Shown here piece by piece: positions 56,401-63,205 of a stretch of DNA of 64,000 nt (its first letter is position 1; each line of letters starts with the position of its first letter). Location of the stretch: the IMG/VR virus record IMGVR_UViG_3300033984_000473, positions 124,001-188,000 of that record, one strand, 5' to 3'. The position numbers and the translations under genes were made by a program. The notes beneath the pieces were generated by a model that was given only the letters and a program-made list of their open reading frames with translations, made no database searches and was not told the origin of the DNA.

Positions 56401-56519
56401 CAGCGGCACCAGGAATCGAACCTAGAACAATGGCGTGACAGGCTATATTGAATGCTGAACGTAATCTTCTTAATCAGATTAACTTTTTTAACATTGTTAT
56501 ACCATTTAACTATACCGCT
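56401..56519 (-). ncRNA. tRNA-Asp-like RNA with the Y-like module inserted in the anticodon arm, member C
   Basis: AGCGGTA/TGCCGCT acceptor, G73, D and T arms; insert AAAAAAGTTAATCT-loop-AGATTACGTTCAGCA-...-GC-CTGTCAC-GC. Confidence 0.7.
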
Positions 56520-56521
56520 AG

Positions 56522-56594
56522 TGGAGCCACGGAGATTCGAACTCCGTTCTGCTGGGTGCAAGCCAACTATTTTCGCCCAGTAAACTATGACCCC
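56522..56594 (-). tRNA. tRNA-Ala(TGC)
   Basis: GTTGG-CTTGCAC-CCAGC; G3:U70 identity pair. Confidence 0.88.
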
Positions 56595-56600
56595 AATTTT

Positions 56601-56648
56601 CTAATTCTACGCTTACAATATGTAGTTCTATGAATTAGTAACAGTCTC
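56601..56648 (-). repeat. repeated structured spacer motif, copy 2
   Basis: GAGACTGTTA-CTAATTC-ATAG...GCGTA-GAATTAG. Confidence 0.7.
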
Positions 56649-56659
56649 ATCTGTAACTA

Positions 56660-57298
56660 TTATTCTCTACCTTGAAACCATCCTTGTAATAGGTAATTTT
56701 CAAGTTCTTCTTTTTTAATCTTTTTGTTAATACTATCTTTGGTTATCCAACATGTACCATATTGGCTATTTGTCTTACCAGTTCCAGTACCCTTTTTCTT
56801 TTCAGACATCAATTTTTTAGTTTCTTCTGAATGATTTCTATCATTCCAATCGAACCTTTTTATTTTACCAGTTAACAACATATTTGTCATATGTGTTGAA
56901 GCTTTATCTCTATGTATTTTAGCAAATTCTTCATCATTTTTTAATTTGTCAGCAAAAGCTTTTCCAGCACAAACTGAACGATGTTTTTGTTGTTCATCGC
57001 TGATAAAACCACCACTTCCACCACCCATTAAATTCATACAGTTTTTATCTGTTATCATTTCTGGTGTGATAGTTTTTATCTCAGCTTCAACCAACAATTC
57101 TCTTGTTTCAAAGAACTCTAAAATTTCTTTATTGAAATTCTCAATCCCATACTTACGCATTGAAGCTCTTAATCTTCTACCGCTACCTAAGTAACCATCA
57201 TTTATGTCATTCGTACTATGCATCCCTACATAATATCTTCCTGTTACATTACATGTTGTTTTATACAAATAATGTATTGTTTTTTCTTTTCTTGTCAT
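56660..57298 (-). mobile_element. GIY-YIG homing endonuclease (Seg-like, NUMOD3) inside tRNA operon 2
   Basis: YLYKTT...G.YYVGMH, YLGSG, YG..NF.KEIL, HSEETK..MS; own ATATTTAT promoter. Confidence 0.87.
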
Positions 57299-57350
57299 TG
57301 TCGTATATCTTTTATTATAAATATACGACAAAGTACAAAAAAGTCAAGGG

Positions 57351-57422
57351 CGGTCTATGAGAGAATCGAACTCTCATCTCTACCGTGACAGGGTAGCATC
57401 CTAGCCGTTGAACGAATAGACC
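57351..57422 (-). tRNA. tRNA-Asp(GTC)
   Basis: CTACC-CTGTCAC-GGTAG, G73. Confidence 0.9.
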
Positions 57423-57431
57423 TTATATTTG

Positions 57432-57503
57432 TAGCCCGTAGGGGAGTTGAACCCCTCTTTCTAGGTTGAAAACCGAGCGTCCTTACCGATAGACGAACGG
57501 GCC
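57432..57503 (-). tRNA. tRNA-Glu(TTC)
   Basis: CTCGG-TTTTCAA-CCTAG. Confidence 0.87.
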
Positions 57504-57511
57504 ATTTTTTG

Positions 57512-57584
57512 CGGAACACACGGGAGTCGAACCCGCAATCTCTTAAGTGACAGTCAAGGATGTTACCATCAACACCTCTGTTCC
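57512..57584 (-). tRNA. tRNA-Asp(GTC), divergent
   Basis: CTTGA-CTGTCAC-TTAAG, G73. Confidence 0.85.
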
Positions 57585-57678
57585 AATTTAGAGTTTCTTT
57601 CCACTCTCAAGTCAACGATGTCTATTATTTCCCCTAGTTACTGTGCCGACCATCGCATTTGCACACGTTCTTTAATTG

Positions 57679-57751
57679 TACTACCAACGGGATTCGAACC
57701 CGTGTTTTACCCGTGAAAGGGGCACGTCCTTACCGACTAGACGATGGTAGC
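57679..57751 (-). tRNA. tRNA-Glu(TTC)
   Basis: TGCCC-CTTTCAC-GGGTA. Confidence 0.9.
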
Positions 57752-57815
57752 ATAGGTGTCCCGTCACTCGTGCACGAGCCATGGCATTACGGGACCGATG
57801 TTTTTCCATATTCTG

Positions 57816-57888
57816 TGGTTCCAGTGGGGCTCGAACCCACGACACCTAGAGCTTCAATCTAGTGCTCTACCAACTGAGCTACAGAACC
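57816..57888 (-). tRNA. tRNA-Phe(GAA)
   Basis: CTAGA-TTGAAGC-TCTAG. Confidence 0.92.
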
Positions 57889-57904
57889 AATTATTTTATT
57901 GCAT

Positions 57905-57934
57905 AAAAAAAGTCTGACTTATTAGGTCAGACTT
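57905..57934 (-). terminator. attenuator terminator of tRNA operon 2
   Basis: AAGTCTGAC-CTAATAA-GTCAGACTT plus T-run, 16 nt before tRNA-Phe. Confidence 0.85.
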
Positions 57935-57959
57935 ATCATTTTGTTAGATTAACTACTCG

Positions 57960-58049
57960 TTAACTTATGACAGTGTTTGACCTTCCGAAAGAGTAATCCT
58001 CTTCGGCTGCGAAAAATGCGATATCAAATATGTTAGTTAATGTTCTCAT
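57960..58049 (-). CDS. leader peptide 2: MRTLTNIFDIAFFAAEEDYSFGRSNTVIS
   Basis: 29 aa; 11 of residues 8-21 are F/D/E/A; antiterminator AGGTCAAAC (57975-57983). Confidence 0.75.
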   Translation of the reverse strand: MRTLTNIFDIAFFAAEEDYSFGRSNTVIS

Positions 58050-58082
58050 AGTTTTTTATTTTTGTGGGTTTCCCCTTTTTGT

Positions 58083-58152
58083 TTGTTTATAAATATACTC
58101 TTATTCTTAAAAGTTATACAAAGGTACTACTTTTTTTAATACAAGTCAAGTT
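58083..58152 (-). promoter_or_regulatory. tRNA-operon dual promoter cassette, copy 2
   Basis: near-identical to 43531-43600. Confidence 0.8.
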
Positions 58153-58156
58153 TTTT

Positions 58157-58474
58157 TTAATCTTTTTTTAATATTTTTTGTAACTTCCTAAGTGTCAGCA
58201 GTTCTAATAATACGTCACCATGACATTTTTCTGGCTTACAGAAGCAACCTAGTGTCTTACCTTCTAATTCATCTAGGGATTCCATCAACTCTGGGCTAGC
58301 CAATACATATTCTTTGTACTTAGATAATGCTTCTTCTTTTGAATCCACTATTTCTTTTGCCAGTGTTGGTCTATCTTTGATTATCGTATAAGGACAACCC
58401 CATTTGGAACCTCTACCTATATAAACATCGAAAGCTTCATCTTTCATGTTAACAATCTTGGTTATATTACTCAT
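58157..58474 (-). CDS. DUF4326 family protein
   Basis: DVYIGRGSKWG.P, L.GK.LGCFC.P..CHGDVL. Confidence 0.88.
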   Translation of the reverse strand: MSNITKIVNMKDEAFDVYIGRGSKWGCPYTIIKDRPTLAKEIVDSKEEALSKYKEYVLASPELMESLDELEGKTLGCFCKPEKCHGDVLLELLTLRKLQKILKKD

Positions 58475-58754
58475 CTTTAAAAATTTTATCTTTAAATCTC
58501 CAGTACCAACCTTTTAAGCCACTAGATACTCTATCATCTTCTTCAGCACAGAAACTTTCAAAAGGTCTTACTTTTAAGTCTAACCATAATTTGCTAGTTG
58601 CTACATTCAAACTAGGATATTTTTTAAATGAATCATCGTAACGCTCTTCATATTCTTTATAATTAGTAAAAATATGAAAATCATTTCGTAACGCTACTTG
58701 TGTTACCATATAATGAATCCAAATCTTATATTTATCATCTTCGCTAAACTCCAT
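58467..58754 (-). CDS. hypothetical protein
   Basis: ORF behind a promoter box. Confidence 0.65.
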   Translation of the reverse strand: MEFSEDDKYKIWIHYMVTQVALRNDFHIFTNYKEYEERYDDSFKKYPSLNVATSKLWLDLKVRPFESFCAEEDDRVSSGLKGWYWRFKDKIFKDE

Positions 58755-58809
58755 TGTTTATTTTTTTTACAAAGGTACAATTAAAAAATGACAATAGCAA
58801 ATATATTTG

Positions 58810-58893
58810 TGACCAAGGTGAGACTCGAACTCACACTCCCTAATGGGAACCAGCTTCTTAGACTGGCGGGTCTACCAATTCCCCCACTCGGCC
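58810..58893 (-). tRNA. tRNA-Leu(AAG)
   Basis: CCAGT-CTAAGAA-GCTGG, long variable arm, A73. Confidence 0.87.
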
Positions 58894-58898
58894 AAATA

Positions 58899-58979
58899 CA
58901 AGATAGTTTTGTGGGATTGAACCACTTAGTTTTGTGTATGAGACAAAATTTTAACCGTTTTGTTTGCAGTAACTATCTT
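58899..58979 (-). ncRNA. anticodon-displaying stem RNA, member D (CAU loop plus T-arm)
   Basis: AAGATAGT/ACTATCTT stem, TACTGCAA, TTTTGT-CTCATAC-ACAAAA, GTGG-TTCAATC-CCAC. Confidence 0.65.
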
Positions 58980-58983
58980 TTAG

Positions 58984-59058
58984 TACATCTTGTAGGATTC
59001 GAACCTACGACTTCCACCTTGTAAGGATGGCACTCTGAACCAACTGAGTTAAAGATGC
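58984..59058 (-). tRNA. tRNA-Val(TAC)
   Basis: CCATC-CTTACAA-GGTGG. Confidence 0.9.
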
Positions 59059-59064
59059 ATATTG

Positions 59065-59145
59065 TACCCATGGCGAGAGTCGAACTCGCACCCCTTTCGA
59101 GCCTAGTTTCTAAGACTAGTGTGTCTACCATTCCACCACACGGGC
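59065..59145 (-). tRNA. tRNA-Leu(TAG)
   Basis: CTAGT-CTTAGAA-ACTAG, long variable arm. Confidence 0.9.
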
Positions 59146-59204
59146 AAATTTCGGTCTATAAGGTCAGACCGACAACCAGAGCCTTCTCCCTAGGGAGATG
59201 CCAG

Positions 59205-59289
59205 TAGCCGAAGTGGGACTCGAACCCACACGCCCATTACTGAGCACTGGATTTTAAGTCCAGCGTGTCTACCATTCCACCATTCGGCC
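59205..59289 (-). tRNA. tRNA-Leu(TAA)
   Basis: CTGGA-CTTAAAA-TCCAG, long variable arm. Confidence 0.92.
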
Positions 59290-59299
59290 AAATTATCTT

Positions 59300-59524
59300 C
59301 TATTCAGAAGATATCATTTGTTTAGCTTTCCCTTCATATAAGTCAGCAAGGTTTATTTTTCCTTCAGTGTTGGTCAATCCTTCCAAAAGACCACTAGCTT
59401 CCCATTTTTCAATGATTTTAGCTTTTTGATATTCACCAACACATCTATGATGCATAAACTTTCTATCATGAATAGCCGCAACTCCTTGGCTATGTTCTCC
59501 GCAATGTGCACATGTAAATGTCAT
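59300..59524 (-). CDS. small Zn-ribbon protein fused to a major-capsid N-terminus-like segment
   Basis: CAHC...HHRC then IIEKWEASGLLEGL...NLADLYEGKAKQMI. Confidence 0.6.
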   Translation of the reverse strand: MTFTCAHCGEHSQGVAAIHDRKFMHHRCVGEYQKAKIIEKWEASGLLEGLTNTEGKINLADLYEGKAKQMISSE

Positions 59525-59553
59525 AATTTTTAGTTTTAATTTTTGTTATTTTG

Positions 59554-59625
59554 TAGGAATAGGGAATTTTGAAATCCCGACCTATTGTATGTAACACAAT
59601 CGCTCTCCCTCTGAGCTACACTCCT
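59554..59625 (-). tRNA. tRNA-Val(TAC), divergent
   Basis: ATTGT-GTTACAT-ACAAT; T-loop TTCAAAA. Confidence 0.75.
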
Positions 59626-59635
59626 AATTGATAGC

Positions 59636-60019
59636 TTATACTACCTTTATAAATTCTCCTTTGTCAATGGCTTTTGAAATCCATCTATTTAAGTCTGAAC
59701 CTTTCATTTCAGCTTCAAAGGTTGTTGTACCTAAATCTTCTGATAATTGAATTCCAGGAACAGAATCAAATATTGGTTCTCTATCTTCAACCGTTGCAAT
59801 TGGAAACTGATATGTTCCAACACTCAATTCTACTTTGTAATATAAATTACCACTTACATAATGACTAAATTTAGCCATATTTTTTGACTTATACAAGTCT
59901 TTCTTTACTTCGTTTTTATCAAACGCTTTTGCTTCCATATACATTGTTGTTTTTATTTGTCCAGATGAAGCATAAGTAACAAAAGAACCTATTTCAACTA
60001 TTTCTTCATTATTTTCCAT
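59636..60019 (-). CDS. hypothetical protein
   Basis: ORF inside tRNA operon 3. Confidence 0.7.
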   Translation of the reverse strand: MENNEEIVEIGSFVTYASSGQIKTTMYMEAKAFDKNEVKKDLYKSKNMAKFSHYVSGNLYYKVELSVGTYQFPIATVEDREPIFDSVPGIQLSEDLGTTTFEAEMKGSDLNRWISKAIDKGEFIKVV

Positions 60020-60036
60020 CTTTTCTTTTTTTTTAG

Positions 60037-60108
60037 AGGCACCGACTGGATTCGAACCAGTGTACGAGGTTTTGCAAACCCCTACCTAAACCACTCGGCC
60101 ACGGTGCC
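60037..60108 (-). tRNA. tRNA-Cys(GCA)
   Basis: GGGGT-TTGCAAA-ACCTC, U73. Confidence 0.92.
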
Positions 60109-60115
60109 ATTAAAT

Positions 60116-60145
60116 AAAAAACCCACCTAATTTCTTAGATGGGTT
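60116..60145 (-). terminator. attenuator terminator of tRNA operon 3
   Basis: AACCCATCTAA-GAAA-TTAGGTGGGTT plus T-run, just before tRNA-Cys. Confidence 0.85.
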
Positions 60146-60172
60146 CCATTGTTATAGTATTTAATTACTTAC

Positions 60173-60250
60173 TTAACAAGCATAACCCATCCTGTCTGCT
60201 ACTAGCAAACATAAGACTAAAAGGACTACTACGTTGTTAAAATTTTTCAT
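60173..60250 (-). CDS. leader peptide 3: MKNFNNVVVLLVLCLLVADRMGYAC
   Basis: 25 aa; residues 7-17 are all V/L/C; antiterminator GGATGGGTT (60184-60192). Confidence 0.75.
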   Translation of the reverse strand: MKNFNNVVVLLVLCLLVADRMGYAC

Positions 60251-60265
60251 TGTTATATTTTTTGT

Positions 60266-60334
60266 TTGTTTATAAATATACTCTTATCTCTAAAAGTTAT
60301 ACAAAGGTACGAAACATTTTTGTAATAGTCAAGC
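60266..60334 (-). promoter_or_regulatory. tRNA-operon dual promoter cassette, copy 3
   Basis: near-identical to the other copies; hairpin loop AGAA changes to GAGA. Confidence 0.8.
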
Positions 60335-60374
60335 TTTTTTATGTTTTTTTTTGATATTTATAGTAAAAAAGATT

Positions 60375-61118
60375 ATGAAACTTTATAAACTATACGAAAC
60401 ACTAATGTCCGAGGTTGAAAACCCTTCTTGTGTTTCTAAATTTGGTCAAGAATTATTTGGTGATGAATTAGGTGGTAAAGAACGCAATACACCGATTGAA
60501 AACAATTACTTAGAATTGATTAAAGATTTCACTGATAATATGTATGGTGAAGAAACTACAAATCAATTCATCAACGCTCTTACCAATCTTAAAAATTGTA
60601 TGAGCCAATATCCAGATGTTCTAGTTCCAGAATCATCAACAGTTTATAGAGGAACGATGATACCATTGACTTACTTCATCAATAACAAACAACCCATAGA
60701 TATTCAAGGCCCTAACAATTATACTTACAAAGCCAATAGTCCAGTTCAAAGTTGGTCAATAAGCTACGAAACAGCTTCTAATTTTGGTTCACATGAAACT
60801 CTTAATGAAATTGCTAATCATATTGGTCACGTAGAAACTTCTAGTAGAGAAGACTTGGCTAGATTATTACAAACACTGGTAAACGAGGATATGCGACTTT
60901 CTTTTGTATTTGCTTACAAAACATCACCAGATGAATTTATCTTTAAATCAGAAGCTTTTAGCAAACTATCTAAAATGGAACATGAAGTTGAACTTATTAG
61001 ATTTACCAACAAACCAATCCACGTAACCGCATATTTCAACGATAATGAGGACAATCATTTATCCGAAGATTCAATCAATTTAATAAAAGCAATTAATGAA
61101 GCTATTTCGTTAAGATAA
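60375..61118 (+). CDS. ADP-ribosyltransferase-fold protein (R-S-E type), putative
   Basis: TVYRG, QSWS..Y..A..F, EHEVE; preceded by ATATTTAT. Confidence 0.55.
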   Translation: MKLYKLYETLMSEVENPSCVSKFGQELFGDELGGKERNTPIENNYLELIKDFTDNMYGEETTNQFINALTNLKNCMSQYPDVLVPESSTVYRGTMIPLTYFINNKQPIDIQGPNNYTYKANSPVQSWSISYETASNFGSHETLNEIANHIGHVETSSREDLARLLQTLVNEDMRLSFVFAYKTSPDEFIFKSEAFSKLSKMEHEVELIRFTNKPIHVTAYFNDNEDNHLSEDSINLIKAINEAISLR

Positions 61119-61155
61119 CTTGACTATTTAAAAAAAATTGTCTATAATTGTATCT

Positions 61156-61485
61156 ATGATTGGATATGTTTACCTTTTATTACAAATTGATACCGATGGC
61201 CACGAGAGCCACAAGATTGGTATTACCAAAAATGACCCACAACTTAGGGTTAAGCAGCTGCAAACGGGTAACCCAAACAAAATAAGTCTTTTAAGAAAGT
61301 ATCAATCCAAGAACTACTTGAAGGTGGAACGTTGGTTACACCGTAAACACTCTGGCTCCAAAACTGAAGCCAAGAATGAATGGCGTGTGCTTGCCGATGA
61401 ATTCGTTTTCTCATTCATAAGCGATTGCCAAGAAGCTGATGAAACTATCAATTTCCTATTGGAAAATAACTCGCTGTACGATTAA
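61156..61485 (+). CDS. T5orf172/MUG113 GIY-YIG-like protein
   Basis: GYVYLL, KIGIT, R.KQLQTGNP, E..LH, NEW. Confidence 0.85.
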   Translation: MIGYVYLLLQIDTDGHESHKIGITKNDPQLRVKQLQTGNPNKISLLRKYQSKNYLKVERWLHRKHSGSKTEAKNEWRVLADEFVFSFISDCQEADETINFLLENNSLYD

Positions 61486-61486
61486 A

Positions 61487-61990
61487 TTAAGTATTAAAGA
61501 TTTCTTTAAACGCATCTAAGAAAGCTTGTTTAGCTTCAGCATGTGTCATACAAACAAATTCTTCATTGTCAACCAAAACCATGTTTTCCCACTCAATGTG
61601 TAACATGTCAGCATCAGCTTTTTTAACTTCTACATTCAATGGATAATCAAAACCATATTTAGCTCCAATCAATAACATCAAGTTATTCTCATACAACTTA
61701 TAGTCTGGAAGTCTAGATTTGATTGGTGTTGGCATGTCAAGCATATAAGCTTCACTAGCATCGTGCATAAGAGCCGCTTTTTTGTTTTCTTGCGATACTC
61801 TAGCAGCACAATTAACGCTGTGTTGAGCAACAGAATAATGACGGTTCAAATGACCACCAAACCTTGGCATTGAAGCCAAGGCATGTGCGATATCTTCAAT
61901 ACAAATCATATCCATCTCTGGTTCAAAAATGTTAACGAAAAGCCCAGAGTTTGTTCTTATCGTATCTTTTGGGGCATCAAATATATTCAT
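61487..61990 (-). CDS. HD-domain phosphohydrolase (YfdR-like 5'-deoxynucleotidase)
   Basis: EDIAHALA..PRFGGH, YSVAQHS, LMHDASEAY..D.P.P.K. Confidence 0.88.
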   Translation of the reverse strand: MNIFDAPKDTIRTNSGLFVNIFEPEMDMICIEDIAHALASMPRFGGHLNRHYSVAQHSVNCAARVSQENKKAALMHDASEAYMLDMPTPIKSRLPDYKLYENNLMLLIGAKYGFDYPLNVEVKKADADMLHIEWENMVLVDNEEFVCMTHAEAKQAFLDAFKEIFNT

Positions 61991-61993
61991 AGT

Positions 61994-63205
61994 TTAAATG
62001 TTAGTTGCCGAGATTGGCAAGTTATAGAAATCTCTTCTTATTGTTACTAAAAGTGCATCTACTAATCCTGGGTTTACCTTGTTTGGTAAATCAGATTTAT
62101 CAAATACCTCGTCCATATTTGCTATGGCTTCATCGGCCATGACAATCAACCCATCTAAATCAACTTCACCACGTCTAATCTTAAGAAGTTCTTCAGCATC
62201 TGGTCGTCTAACGATGATACCTTTACCTTCTCCGATTTCTGTAGCCATATTGATAAGTCGCATACAATGCATCATGTTCTTACCATCAATCTTTTGACCA
62301 TGACCTTGAACTTCAACGTATCTGGTTACATTTCTTTTATCTAACCATTCTTGGTATTCTTTAAAGTCTTTACAGTGCTCTGAATAACCATCTTTGTTAT
62401 AAACGATTGTACTGATTGTTTTTTCACCTTTAGGAATACTAGAAAGACGTAGTTGATTTGAGATACCATAGTTAATGACCCCATCTTCATCTTCATGACC
62501 AGTGTTTACAAGTCCTTTATATCCAAGACCCATTGGCTTACCAGCATCTTTTAGAACAGCCTTTCTTTGGTTGCGTTCTACTTCTGAAAATTTATCAGAG
62601 TGACACATTTCACCAACACTGTCATAAAATAAAGCATACGTATCCCTAGCGTTAGGTATGTTTACAGCACCTATGAATTTTTCATCGTACTTCCCAGAGT
62701 TCCATATTTTCCATGGAATTGATTTCTCACCTTCAAGTACATAACAGAAATCCAATAGGTCTTTACGAACTACTTTGTCCTGTTCCCAGTTTTGTTTCTT
62801 GTTAAGTCCTTTGGCTTTTTTGATTTGCTGTCTAGCGTAACCACCGAAAGAATCTTTACACGCTTTGGTGATGAAATCTTCCTTGTGAGCAATGATAATG
62901 TCAAACAAAGGGTTCTTTGTGACGATACAATCTTCTGGACTGTTAAGGAGCTCAAGAACAGTTGGGTTGTTTGTACTCATAAGTTCTAAGAACCTTTTAA
63001 GTTCCCAACCCGTCCAATCTTTATTGATATTCAACTGTTCAACATATCCAGTACCCAAGATATTATCAATAGGCAAGATGTAAACGAATTTTTTATCCAC
63101 ATCAGACGTTGGTGTCTGCGTACCATAGGCTTGACTACCAATAATGCATTCAAAAAGAATCAATCCATTCTCTTTAAGGTAATCGTATGTAATTTTCTGT
63201 GTCAT
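61994..63205 (-). CDS. nucleotidyltransferase (YcgL/DNA pol beta-like family)
   Basis: GSQAYGT.TP.SDVD, NP..LE.L, K.MMH..RL. Confidence 0.85.
   Translation of the reverse strand: MTQKITYDYLKENGLILFECIIGSQAYGTQTPTSDVDKKFVYILPIDNILGTGYVEQLNINKDWTGWELKRFLELMSTNNPTVLELLNSPEDCIVTKNPLFDIIIAHKEDFITKACKDSFGGYARQQIKKAKGLNKKQNWEQDKVVRKDLLDFCYVLEGEKSIPWKIWNSGKYDEKFIGAVNIPNARDTYALFYDSVGEMCHSDKFSEVERNQRKAVLKDAGKPMGLGYKGLVNTGHEDEDGVINYGISNQLRLSSIPKGEKTISTIVYNKDGYSEHCKDFKEYQEWLDKRNVTRYVEVQGHGQKIDGKNMMHCMRLINMATEIGEGKGIIVRRPDAEELLKIRRGEVDLDGLIVMADEAIANMDEVFDKSDLPNKVNPGLVDALLVTIRRDFYNLPISATNI

Noticed and set aside
42159-59024. ORFs 42159..42344, 42484..42861, 56379..56561, 56448..56633, 57659..57862 and 58788..59024
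   Set aside because: They overlap tRNA or tRNA-like genes; translations such as GFEPTT are reverse-complement T-arm artefacts.
60173-60250. Leader 3 as a signal peptide or type I toxin
   Set aside because: Its hydrophobicity is explained by the V/L/C match to downstream tRNAs, and it shares the cassette, antiterminator and terminator layout with two non-hydrophobic leaders.
613-63083. Numerous 60-170 aa plus-strand ORFs in the ORF track
   Set aside because: They are antisense shadows of well-supported minus-strand genes, with no motifs or promoters. Only 37449, 60375 and 61156 are accepted on the plus strand.
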